From: an uncultured Candidatus Saccharibacteria bacterium
GTDB taxonomy: Bacteria > Patescibacteriota > Minisyncoccia > Phycocordibacterales > UBA2100
NCBI GenBank assembly: GCA_964623775.1
Contig: CAZUVH010000002.1
Location: forward strand, 1,089 to 65,088
Direction: 5' to 3'
Length of the DNA stretch: 64,000 nt
Of the stretch, positions 1 to 8,687 are shown piece after piece. The notes under the pieces are model-generated. The model ran no database searches. It was not told the DNA's origin and was given only the letters and a program-made list of their open reading frames with translations. How positions within the stretch are numbered: position 1 is the stretch's first letter; each line of letters begins with the position of its first letter. Position numbers and translations under genes: made by a program.

Positions 1-2
1 CT

Positions 3-428
3 GGCATTTCCGCCTCGCGTCACTTGCCGCTTGTGATGCAGAAGCTTGAGCCACTGAAAGAGAGGACGGTAGTCACCGTGTGCACGGGCGGAATCCGCTG
101 CGAGAAAATGGCGGCATATTTACAGTACAAAGGATTCAAAAAAGTCCGACAACTCGATGGCGGGATTCACACGTACATGGAAAAATTTCCAGGAAAGGAT
201 TTTCAGGGGACGCTCTATACATTTGATCAGCGCATGACCATGGATTTTGGCGGTCAAAGAGAGGTAATAGGGAAGTGCCACCGCTGCGGAGCTTCGACGG
301 AAAAATACGCCGATTGCGCACAGGATTCGTGCCACCTCCACTTCCTTGCGTGCGACGATTGCCGTGATTCCGAGGGCAGGGTGTACTGCAGCGATGATTG
401 CAAAGCATCGGTCGTGAGCCATTATTGA
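3..428 (+). CDS. trhO: Rhodanese-domain tRNA hydroxylase-like protein (TrhO/YceA family), 5' partial
   Basis: CTGGIRCEK motif, LDGGIHTY, FDQR and a C-terminal Cys cluster; frame is open from the window start. Confidence 0.8.
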   Translation, partial: GISASRHLPLVMQKLEPLKERTVVTVCTGGIRCEKMAAYLQYKGFKKVRQLDGGIHTYMEKFPGKDFQGTLYTFDQRMTMDFGGQREVIGKCHRCGASTEKYADCAQDSCHLHFLACDDCRDSEGRVYCSDDCKASVVSHY

Positions 429-520
429 CGCCGGATTAAAAAAGTTGTACCCATAAGATAGTTCATAGCGAACCCCTTCTCCACGCTTGAGGGAGATAGG
501 AACACAGAAGGAGTTGGTCC

Positions 521-1297
521 ATGAAGTGGCCGCTAATGTTATCAACCGTGCGACACGGTCAATCGGCGTACAATATTCTAAGGGGAATAAAGGAGAGAGA
601 TCCCCAGTACATCGCATTCAAGAAAGCGTATGCGAAGGACTATACGTCGGCAGACGCTCGCAACCTTGCAGCCTTGATGGCGGAAAAGTATGCGCTCAAA
701 ACGAGCGACTACGACACGCCTCTTTCCGAGGTCGGCTGGGAGCAAGCAGTCGCGACGGGAGAAAACATCACTACGTTTGAGCATTATACGCGTCCCGACA
801 TTGTACTGGTGTCACCGTATCGGCGTACGCTTGAGACTCTCGCAGGGATGCAGCAGGGCGGATTCGATACAGGCCCTGCAAAGATCGTGGTCGATGACCG
901 TATTCGCGAGCAAGAGCACGGGCTGTCGCTGCTCTACAGCGATTGGAGAATTTTCCATGTCTTTCATCCGGAGCAGAAAAAGCTACATGATCTAATGGGG
1001 CCATATTGGTACCAGTATCCCCAGGGTGAGAGTACCTCGCAGGTGCGCGAGCGGATACGTTCAGTCACCAACACGATCGTCCGCGAATATGCGGGTCTCA
1101 ATGTCTGGTTGATTACGCATCATCTGACAAAACTCTCAATCAGGGCCAACATGGAACGACTTTCGCCGGAAGAGTTCATGCGTCTTGATCGCGAGGAGAA
1201 GCCAATCAACTGTGGTGTGATGGTCTATCGCGGCAATCCGCGCAGAGGGTCGGAAGGGAAGCTGGAGCTCGCGTGTTACAACGCCAAATTCTATTGA
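521..1297 (+). CDS. Histidine phosphatase (phosphoglycerate mutase family)
   Basis: VRHGQS, SPYRRT, IREQEHG and YPQGES motifs; AAGGAG SD upstream. Confidence 0.85.
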   Translation: MKWPLMLSTVRHGQSAYNILRGIKERDPQYIAFKKAYAKDYTSADARNLAALMAEKYALKTSDYDTPLSEVGWEQAVATGENITTFEHYTRPDIVLVSPYRRTLETLAGMQQGGFDTGPAKIVVDDRIREQEHGLSLLYSDWRIFHVFHPEQKKLHDLMGPYWYQYPQGESTSQVRERIRSVTNTIVREYAGLNVWLITHHLTKLSIRANMERLSPEEFMRLDREEKPINCGVMVYRGNPRRGSEGKLELACYNAKFY

Positions 1298-1303
1298 TTG
1301 CTG

Positions 1304-1339
1304 CAGGCTCGCACCATATCGTGCGAGCCTGTTTCTTTT
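1304..1339 (+). terminator. Intrinsic terminator
   Basis: caggctcgcac/gtgcgagcctg stem followed by tttctttt. Confidence 0.8.
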
Positions 1340-1362
1340 CAATGTGTATAATACTGCAGAGC

Positions 1363-1391
1363 TTGACAAGGATTATAGCGAGTCGCATAAT
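1363..1391 (+). promoter_or_regulatory. Sigma70-type promoter of cassette 1434-1829
   Basis: TTGACA-17-CATAAT. Confidence 0.7.
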
Positions 1392-1433
1392 GACACTAGT
1401 CTAAATCTCCTCTAGAAAGGGAAGGAGTGCGCA

Positions 1434-1829
1434 ATGAAACGTTTTATTATCGCGCTGGCACTGCTGCTCGCTGGATTGGAGGGCGCGGCAGCTCAGTCGC
1501 ACTTTAAGAAGGCGAATCTGCCGACTGGTGGGCATTACTACTATCCCACCGAGGCGTATTTTTCTGAGCTGAAAAGCACGAACTGCAAATTCGAGGAATT
1601 TTCACTCGAGCAAAGTTTGTGCATCTCTCACGTAGACGGCTCCAACGGTCTTCGACGCAGGTGGGAAGCGCTGGACTCGCTCGCGTATCAAATAAAGCTG
1701 AATCCGAGGGTGGCGACGCCCGAATATCTCAAAATGTTTCGAGATACACTTGAGCAACTCTGCATCGAGTCGGTAGAGTTCCCCGACATTCGAAAAAAGG
1801 CTGAGGACGACCGTAGCTTCGGAGGTTGA
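1434..1829 (+). CDS. Secreted hypothetical protein (orphan cassette)
   Basis: Signal peptide MKRFIIALALLLAGLEGAAA; GAAGGAG SD; own promoter and terminator. Confidence 0.75.
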   Translation: MKRFIIALALLLAGLEGAAAQSHFKKANLPTGGHYYYPTEAYFSELKSTNCKFEEFSLEQSLCISHVDGSNGLRRRWEALDSLAYQIKLNPRVATPEYLKMFRDTLEQLCIESVEFPDIRKKAEDDRSFGG

Positions 1830-1836
1830 TCTTGTG

Positions 1837-1868
1837 GAAGCGCGCAGGTTTGCGCGCTTCTTCTTTTT
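1837..1868 (+). terminator. Intrinsic terminator
   Basis: gaagcgcgca/tgcgcgcttc stem plus T-tract. Confidence 0.8.
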
Positions 1869-1900
1869 GTAAAAGGCGCTGCATGATACACTCCATGTGT

Positions 1901-2323
1901 ATGAAAAAACGTGTAGCCACAGCAATAGCCGTCGCATTATTTGCAGGGCCGTTTGTGGCCGTGGCTGAATCGGCGGTGCAAAATAATTCGCAGATTACGA
2001 CGCTCTACGCACAGCTCATTGTGCTCCTGCAGAAAATCGCATCGCTCCAGAAGCAATCTGTCATTTCGGTCTCGCCCGATCACGGCGCAGCACCCCTCAC
2101 CGTCCAGTTTGCGATCAATAATCCGACGGGGACGGAGTCGATCATCTTTGGCGATGGCGGATACAGCGGTCAGACGTGCATAAAAAAGGCAAACGGCTGG
2201 TGTGATTTCTCAAAGCCGCTCGCTCACACATATGCGCTACCTGGTACGTACACGGTCAATGTCTACACTCACAACGGGGAAGCAAAGATCGTGAGCACGA
2301 GCACTGTCGTGGTCACCAAATAG
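1901..2323 (+). CDS. Secreted PKD-domain protein
   Basis: Signal peptide, GAAPLTVQF, FGDG and HTYALPGTYTV PKD motifs; start moved to ATG 1901. Confidence 0.75.
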   Translation: MKKRVATAIAVALFAGPFVAVAESAVQNNSQITTLYAQLIVLLQKIASLQKQSVISVSPDHGAAPLTVQFAINNPTGTESIIFGDGGYSGQTCIKKANGWCDFSKPLAHTYALPGTYTVNVYTHNGEAKIVSTSTVVVTK

Positions 2324-2375
2324 AAATTCTCACTTTTGGGGTGCATTTACGCATAGAGCGTGTATCGTATAGAGA

Positions 2376-3383
2376 ATGTCCCTCAGAAGCACGCAGGGGT
2401 TTTGGCCTGTCACGATTGCGATAGGCGGCAATCTCACGGTCACCATCATCAAATTCTTTGCTGCACTCGGCTCCGGTTCCAGTGTCCTTTTTTCGGAGGC
2501 CATTCACAGTTTTGCCGACACCCTCAATCAGGTGTTTCTCCTCGTGGGACTCAGACGATCACTCAAGAAGGCCGACGATACTTTTGCATACGGCTACGGC
2601 AATGAGCGCTTCTTCTGGGCGCTCATATCAGCGTGCGGAATATTTTTTATTGGTGCCGGTATTACCGCGGTCCGTGGCATTGAGTCGCTCACGCACCCAC
2701 ATGAAATAGAATTTAGTTATACGATTGCAGCCGTCCTTTTCGCGTCATTGTTGATTGAGCTCTACACGCTGCGTGTCGCTGCACAGCAACTCATACATGC
2801 GTATCCCGATCATTCGTGGCGCGAACGCATCGACCATGCCGATTCGGCGACGCTCGCGGTGCTCCTCGAAGACACCGTCGCCGTCGTTGGCGTCGTCATA
2901 GCGGCATTGGCGATCGGTGCGTCGTATCTTTCGGGCAACACAGTGTGGGACGCCCTCGGCTCCATCGTCATTTCCCTCATGCTTGCTGCCGTCGCCGTTA
3001 TTCTTATAGTCAAAAATAGATCGTACCTCCTCGGCAAGTCGATGCCGGAGGAGCTCGAGGTGGCGCTCATTGAAATGATCGAGGCCGAACCGGCAATAGA
3101 GAAAGTGGTCGATTTCAAATCGAGCGTAATAGGGCTCGGCATCTATCGCATCAAATGCGAAGTTGAATTCAATGGCTCGGCGCTTTTGCGCGATTCGTAT
3201 CGCGAGTCATCGCTCCGCGCGATGTACGAAAAAATTCATGACGATGTGGAGGAATTTAAGCGATTCATGGCCGATTATTCGGACCGTATACCGCGTCTTA
3301 TGGGCAAAAAAATCGATCAGATCGAGGAGAAACTCCGCAAAGAATATCCTGGAGTAAAACACATTGATATCGAAGTAAACTGA
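2376..3383 (+). CDS. Cation diffusion facilitator (CDF) transporter
   Basis: SEAIHSFAD, YGYGNERFFW, LLED and WDALGS motifs; multiple TM helices. Confidence 0.9.
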   Translation: MSLRSTQGFWPVTIAIGGNLTVTIIKFFAALGSGSSVLFSEAIHSFADTLNQVFLLVGLRRSLKKADDTFAYGYGNERFFWALISACGIFFIGAGITAVRGIESLTHPHEIEFSYTIAAVLFASLLIELYTLRVAAQQLIHAYPDHSWRERIDHADSATLAVLLEDTVAVVGVVIAALAIGASYLSGNTVWDALGSIVISLMLAAVAVILIVKNRSYLLGKSMPEELEVALIEMIEAEPAIEKVVDFKSSVIGLGIYRIKCEVEFNGSALLRDSYRESSLRAMYEKIHDDVEEFKRFMADYSDRIPRLMGKKIDQIEEKLRKEYPGVKHIDIEVN

Positions 3384-3518
3384 GAAGGCGACCCCACATG
3401 TCGCATCGCTACTGCGACGCGCACGCAGGGCCCGCCTCGCGATCCCAAGTGTCGTCGCACTTGGGCCCCACGCTCCGGCCGCTTTTTTGTCTTTTCGAAC
3501 GCTTTGCGTTCTCAAAGC

Positions 3519-3547
3519 AAAAAAGCCCCGACTTTCGTCGGGGTTTT
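3519..3547 (-). terminator. Intrinsic terminator of 3550-3849
   Basis: ccccgac/gtcgggg stem with T-tract on the - strand. Confidence 0.75.
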
Positions 3548-3549
3548 CT

Positions 3550-3849
3550 TCACATAAAAGGGCCGTCGTGCTTGCTCCGCTCATCCTCAATCGGCGGTCG
3601 CCATCCGATTGGTTTTGGGGGCTCCACATACGCCGGCACATGCAGCATGTACCAGGATGTGAGTAGTTCGATGACGACGCATATGCCGCATGTGACAATC
3701 ATCTCAAATTCAAAAATAGGCAATCCGCGCGAAGGGACTATGCCGCTTGCGCTTATGCCCCATGCGCCAATGCAGAGCATGATCACGCCGAGGGCGCTGC
3801 ATTTGATGAGCAGTACGATTATGATCGAAAAGCGGTTGAACGCTTCCAT
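3550..3849 (-). CDS. Small 2-TM membrane hypothetical protein (orphan cassette)
   Basis: Two hydrophobic helices; GGGAG SD; terminator immediately downstream. Confidence 0.65.
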   Translation of the reverse strand: MEAFNRFSIIIVLLIKCSALGVIMLCIGAWGISASGIVPSRGLPIFEFEMIVTCGICVVIELLTSWYMLHVPAYVEPPKPIGWRPPIEDERSKHDGPFM

Positions 3850-3936
3850 GGTTTTCTCCCTAAGGTAGTTTCTGAAATCACTCTACCCCCGGCCCGCCTG
3901 GAGCGCCAGCGTCTAAATTTAGTGTAAAATTATTGC

Positions 3937-5004
3937 ATGACGAAGCATCCGGTGTACGAAAAGCTGATCAAGCAGCACCTCAAAATCCTGAAAGGCCTTC
4001 AATACGAATCAGGACTCTTTGCGGCATCGAAAAAAGGGATTGAGACCGGGTACGACAAAGCGTGGCTTCGCGACAATTTCTACGAATGCCTCGCATTTGA
4101 AGTCTTGGAGGATTGGGACACCGTACAAAAGACGTATCGCGCGATTCTCAACATCCTAAAAAAGCACGAATACAAGATTGATCATGCGATCAGTAAAAAG
4201 CCGGAGCATACACATCAGTACATTCACCCACGCTATCATCCGGAGACATTCGACGAGTACTGGGAGGAGTGGGGCAACAAGCAAAACGATTCGATCGGGT
4301 GCATCCTTTTCAAGATAGGAGAACTCGAGAAGATTCGAAAGGGCATGATCGTTACCGATGACGACGACCGTCGTGTCTTGCAAAAGCTCGTGTGGTATCT
4401 CTCGACGCTCGAATACTGGCACGATCTTGACTCCGGTATGTGGGAAGAGAATCAGGAGATTCACGCCTCGTCGGTCGGCGCTTGTGTGGCAGGCCTCAAG
4501 ATGGCGCGGCACATCGACGGGATAGATGTGCCGAACGATCTTATCGCGCTCGGCGAGCAGATACTCCGCGCCATAATGCCTCGCGAATCCGAACAAAAGT
4601 TTGTCGACCTCGCACTCCTCTCGCTCATTTGGCCGTATGACGTCCTTACCGCAGAGGAGACCGCACTCGTACTCGACAATGTGGAATACCATCTTCTTCG
4701 CGAGCGCGGCGTGATCCGCTACAAGGGCGATCATTACTACAACAAAAATCCCGACGGGTGGTCCGAGGAGGCGGAATGGACTTTTGGCCTCTGCTGGCTC
4801 GCGATTATTTACGAGCAACTTGGTGATCATGAAAAGGCATCTGCCTTTGTGGAGCGCGCGAGAGCCGCAATGACGAAGAAGGGGTTGCCCGAGCTCTACT
4901 TTTCTAATTCCACAAAATACAACGACAATACACCACTCGGATGGAGTGAGAGCCTTTTTATCGTCGCACTCCACGACGTCAACGAGGGCTCACTAAAAAA
5001 ATAA
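3937..5004 (+). CDS. Glycoside hydrolase family 15-like protein
   Basis: Y-x-x-AWLRD, DSGMWEE, GVIRYKGDHY and PLGWSES motifs. Confidence 0.8.
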   Translation: MTKHPVYEKLIKQHLKILKGLQYESGLFAASKKGIETGYDKAWLRDNFYECLAFEVLEDWDTVQKTYRAILNILKKHEYKIDHAISKKPEHTHQYIHPRYHPETFDEYWEEWGNKQNDSIGCILFKIGELEKIRKGMIVTDDDDRRVLQKLVWYLSTLEYWHDLDSGMWEENQEIHASSVGACVAGLKMARHIDGIDVPNDLIALGEQILRAIMPRESEQKFVDLALLSLIWPYDVLTAEETALVLDNVEYHLLRERGVIRYKGDHYYNKNPDGWSEEAEWTFGLCWLAIIYEQLGDHEKASAFVERARAAMTKKGLPELYFSNSTKYNDNTPLGWSESLFIVALHDVNEGSLKK

Positions 5005-5033
5005 AACCGCCCACAATTCGTGGGCGGCACATT

Positions 5034-5327
5034 TCAGCTGTGGCATGAACCGCCGCAGCAGCTGTCTGTGGCATCGGTCGGCTGCAGTAGGGGATCGTCC
5101 TTCGTCTCGTCGTGGACCCAAGTCCACTCGCCACGCATCACTTCCACCTTGTAGCGAAGCTGCGGCACAGCAGAATTGTTTTTCCGATTCCTTCGAATCC
5201 ATTCCCGAGCTTCCTCAATGGCGGCCTCATTCGTATCCGCTGTCACTGTCTTTCTTGCACCTGCAGCGTACTCCAGTACTCCTGTCTCACTGAGGAAAAA
5301 GACACTCAGATTTACATGGTAGTCCAT
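5034..5327 (-). CDS. Hypothetical protein (orphan cassette)
   Basis: AAGGAG SD; TTGCCA-18-TATAGT at 5386-5357; hairpin at 5007-5027. Confidence 0.65.
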   Translation of the reverse strand: MDYHVNLSVFFLSETGVLEYAAGARKTVTADTNEAAIEEAREWIRRNRKNNSAVPQLRYKVEVMRGEWTWVHDETKDDPLLQPTDATDSCCGGSCHS

Positions 5328-5424
5328 CCAATATCTCCTTTTGATTCGCTGACATGACTATAACAAATAGAAGTTCAAAATGGCAACGAAAACCCCCTGT
5401 CGACTTTTCGGCAGGGGGTGAAGA

Positions 5425-5946
5425 TCAGTTCAGTTGTCGTTTGTTCTTCGGCGGCGAAGGGGCATCTGGCATGTCCCCAAGATCTTCGTCCTGCTGTCGC
5501 TGAACGAAAGTCATCACTTGTTCGGTCATCTGCTTCTCGGTGTCATACATCGTGATACACCATCCTTTTCGGACGAGGGGCATCTGCGATTGCAGCTGTG
5601 TCCAGATATTGGGATGAGTCGTCTTTGCGACGCGCTCGGCGACGCCGATCCAGAAAATCTGAAGAAGCATGTCGAGCTCGATCTGGAGCTCGAATAATCT
5701 ATTCACATACTCATCCTGCTCAGGAGGAGGAAGTGACGGCGTATCCTTGAACGCCTTGTGAATCACATCGTGTCGCTTCTGGATAAGACAAAAGAATTTG
5801 CGCTCACGGGGCTCAAGCGTCCCAAATACCTCCTCGTACTTGGTCGGTGCCTCAAGTTTGTCATTTGCGGCCGGATCTTCCACGGTGGCGTCGATGTCAC
5901 CCTCGAGCGTCTTCAGCATTTCGAAGATCGTTTTTTTCTCGGTCAT
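5425..5946 (-). CDS. Hypothetical protein (orphan cassette)
   Basis: 173 aa helical ORF; AAAGGAA SD; terminator at 5389-5420. Confidence 0.7.
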   Translation of the reverse strand: MTEKKTIFEMLKTLEGDIDATVEDPAANDKLEAPTKYEEVFGTLEPRERKFFCLIQKRHDVIHKAFKDTPSLPPPEQDEYVNRLFELQIELDMLLQIFWIGVAERVAKTTHPNIWTQLQSQMPLVRKGWCITMYDTEKQMTEQVMTFVQRQQDEDLGDMPDAPSPPKNKRQLN

Positions 5947-6053
5947 TTCCCATTCCTTTCAAAGAGCGCCGTTTTTCTCGGCCATAGACTCCTTGCATAC
6001 TGACAAATGAAAAAAGGTTTGCAAGCTGTGAGAATGCGTTAGAATGGCACCTG

Positions 6054-7028
6054 ATGAAAAGGAAAACACCAAGTGATTCACTTCGTTATCTTGAGCACGC
6101 ACCACGGTCCGAGACCATTTCAATCGTTCCTATCCCATTTGATTGGGGAGCGGATCATGGAGACGACCTGGCAAAGGGTCCGCGCTATTTTATCGACAAT
6201 GGTATTGAGACTGTCTTTGAGACGGCTGGTATCAAGACAAATCTTCTTCCGGAACTCCGCGTATCAAAAAGCGATCGTAAAAAATTCCACGCAAAAACGG
6301 GCGACATAATTACCGACCTTCAGAAAGTCCTTGTAGACATACGCGATGTCGTCTCGGGTGAAGTGGGACGTAAACGCCCGATCATCGCGCTTGGCGGCGA
6401 TCATACGATTGCCATGGGCACGATTGCGGGAGCCGCAGCTGCATTGAAGGGAAACCTCGGTGTGATCTGGGTAGACATTCATCCTGATGCACATACGTAC
6501 GACACGTCGATAACGAAAAATCCGCACGGCATGCCGACGATGGTCGTGATGGGCGAAGGTGAAAAGAGACTCACGAGCATCGTGACACATCCGATCAAGA
6601 AGAAAAATTTCCTCTACATCGGTACGCGTGACGCCGATCAAGGCGAAATCGATAACATGCGTAAACATAAAGTTGAAAACATTACGATGATGGATATTGC
6701 CGAACACGGCATAGGTATTGCGCTCCGAGGCGTGGAGCGGCTCAATAAGAAAGTAAAAAATGTATGGATAAGTATCGATCTCGACTCGATCGATCACCAG
6801 GTTGCACCGGGTACGACGATGGCTACGCCCGGAAGTTTTACACATCGCGAGATCGTGACGCTCATGACCGCGATAGGGAAAACATGCAATGTGGTCGGCA
6901 TTGACCTCGTCGAGATGACTCCGGGCCGCGACATTGATCGCAAGACCGTACTCATTGCGCTCGAGATCGCCGCGGCATGCTTCGGCGCGAAATACAGTTG
7001 GTATACGAGGTACATGGAAGCGTACTAG
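6054..7028 (+). CDS. Arginase (ureohydrolase family)
   Basis: GGDHTIA, WVDIHPDAH, HGMP and SIDLDSID Mn-binding motifs. Confidence 0.9.
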   Translation: MKRKTPSDSLRYLEHAPRSETISIVPIPFDWGADHGDDLAKGPRYFIDNGIETVFETAGIKTNLLPELRVSKSDRKKFHAKTGDIITDLQKVLVDIRDVVSGEVGRKRPIIALGGDHTIAMGTIAGAAAALKGNLGVIWVDIHPDAHTYDTSITKNPHGMPTMVVMGEGEKRLTSIVTHPIKKKNFLYIGTRDADQGEIDNMRKHKVENITMMDIAEHGIGIALRGVERLNKKVKNVWISIDLDSIDHQVAPGTTMATPGSFTHREIVTLMTAIGKTCNVVGIDLVEMTPGRDIDRKTVLIALEIAAACFGAKYSWYTRYMEAY

Positions 7029-7030
7029 AA

Positions 7031-7058
7031 TTGACATTTGTGCATAAAATCGTATAAT
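7031..7058 (+). promoter_or_regulatory. Consensus sigma70 promoter
   Basis: TTGACA-16-TATAAT. Confidence 0.75.
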
Positions 7059-7094
7059 TTAAATAGTAACGAATTCAACAACGGGGAAACGGAA

Positions 7095-7685
7095 ATGTCA
7101 GACATTAAGGATATTCGAGTCGAGGTGCGGGTCAAAAACAACCTGCTCTTGAGTGCAATGGATCAGAGGGGTATCACGACGGTCGCAGAATTGTGCCGCC
7201 AAATGGGCATCCCATCGAGTCAGAGCCATGTAGGGGACCTCGTCAATATGAAGTTGCCGGCGCGTAAGGCAAATGGCGACTGGTATCCACTGGTGATCAA
7301 GCTTTCAGATTTTTTTCAGTGCATGCCCGAGGATCTTTTCAGCGATCCTCAGCAGTACAACAAGCTCGAAAAGAATCGCGCGTACGCCGAGCTTGGTTTC
7401 GGTGAGATGCAGCGGGTGATCGGACAGGAGAGTCCGGCTACTCCGGAAAAGCAATTAGAGGCAGTGCAGTTGCAGGCGGCAATCGCGCAGGCACTTCAGA
7501 AGCTGAAGCCGAGAGAAGAGCGCGTACTTCGCCTGCGATTCGGAATCGACTGTAAAGAGATGACTCTGGAGGAGGTGAGCAAGATCTTCAGCTTAAGCAA
7601 GGAGCGCATACGAGGCATCGAATCATCCGCACTCAGAAAGCTCAGACGACCTGTGTATGCAAGACCGCTTCTTGCTGCTCGGTAG
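7095..7685 (+). CDS. XRE/Cro-like HTH fused to sigma70 region 4
   Basis: N-terminal TVAELCRQMGI...KLSDFFQCMPEDLF; C-terminal LKPREERVLRLRFGID..MTLEEVSKIFSLSKERIRGIESSALRKLR; no sigma region 2; ATG 7095 follows GGGGA. Confidence 0.8.
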   Translation: MSDIKDIRVEVRVKNNLLLSAMDQRGITTVAELCRQMGIPSSQSHVGDLVNMKLPARKANGDWYPLVIKLSDFFQCMPEDLFSDPQQYNKLEKNRAYAELGFGEMQRVIGQESPATPEKQLEAVQLQAAIAQALQKLKPREERVLRLRFGIDCKEMTLEEVSKIFSLSKERIRGIESSALRKLRRPVYARPLLAAR

Positions 7686-7690
7686 ATATC

Positions 7691-7724
7691 GAAGCATCGA
7701 CCTTTTGGCCGGTGCTTCTTTTTT
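7691..7724 (+). terminator. Intrinsic terminator
   Basis: gaagcatcgacc/ggccggtgcttc stem plus T-tract. Confidence 0.7.
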
Positions 7725-7744
7725 GTAGGGTATAATTCTGACGC

Positions 7745-8683
7745 ATGTCTAAAGTAATCGTCTCAGGCTCGCTCGCGTACGATCGGATCATGGATTATCC
7801 GGGTCTTTTTGCCGAGCACGTGCTACCGGAGAAGCAAAACAGCATCAATCTGAGTTTCAATGTCGACAAATTATCCGTGGAGTTCGGCGGCACGGCTGGC
7901 AATATCGCCTACAACCTGGCGCTTCTTGGTGAGAGCCCCGAGATCATTGCATCGGCCGGTCAGGATTTTGCTGCGTACAAATCCCACCTGCTGCTCGTCG
8001 GGATCAATGCGTCGACCGTTCGATTACTTGAAGGAGTACTTACGTCCTCGGCATTCGTTTTTACTGATAAGGAAGACAATCAAATCTCCGCTTTCTATCC
8101 TGGAGCGGGCGCATCAGCATACGATACGCCGGTCAACACCGATGGTCGTGCGCTCGCGATGGTCTCGGCTGGGTGCATACAAGACATGGTAGAGCTCCCA
8201 CAACAATACAAGCGTCAGAATTTGAAATATTTTTTTGATCCCGGGCACCAAATAGACGGGCTCACACCGGACCAATTGCGAGATGGTATTTCAGGAGCGC
8301 AGGCGCTTTTCGGTAGCGATTATGAGATTGGTCTCATCGCCCAGAAGACCGGGTGGACGGAAGATGCGATCCTTGAGCATGTGCCGGTCCTCATCGTGAC
8401 GTATGGGTCAAAAGGGTCACGCATACGCTCGAGTGGGGGCGACTGGCAGGTGCCAGCGGTGGTCCCCAGTGTCGTCGAAGATCCTACGGGGGCGGGAGAC
8501 GCGTTTCGCGCGGGCTTCATCAAGGGAATTATCGCGGGATTTACACTCGATCAGTGCGCGCGCCTCGGTAGCGTCGTGGCCTCCTTCAAATCCGAAAAGC
8601 ACGGTACCCAAAATCACACTTTTTCAATGGATCAGCTGAAATCCCGCTACAAAAATGCGTACAAAGAAGATTTGAAGCTGTAA
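7745..8683 (+). CDS. PfkB-family carbohydrate/nucleoside kinase (adenosine kinase-like)
   Basis: GSLAYD, FGGTAGNIAY and DPTGAGDAFRAG motifs. Confidence 0.9.
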   Translation: MSKVIVSGSLAYDRIMDYPGLFAEHVLPEKQNSINLSFNVDKLSVEFGGTAGNIAYNLALLGESPEIIASAGQDFAAYKSHLLLVGINASTVRLLEGVLTSSAFVFTDKEDNQISAFYPGAGASAYDTPVNTDGRALAMVSAGCIQDMVELPQQYKRQNLKYFFDPGHQIDGLTPDQLRDGISGAQALFGSDYEIGLIAQKTGWTEDAILEHVPVLIVTYGSKGSRIRSSGGDWQVPAVVPSVVEDPTGAGDAFRAGFIKGIIAGFTLDQCARLGSVVASFKSEKHGTQNHTFSMDQLKSRYKNAYKEDLKL

Positions 8684-8687
8684 CTGG

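Noticed and set aside
1380-1407. GAGTCGCATAA-TGACAC-TAGTCTAAAT resembling a dif site
   Set aside because: Better explained as the -10 of a TTGACA-17-CATAAT promoter; the arms are not symmetric.
5007-5420. Hairpins after orphan genes read as integron attC sites
   Set aside because: They are short stems with T/A tracts, lack RYYYAAC...GTTRRRY ends, the cassettes have their own promoters, and no intI is present.
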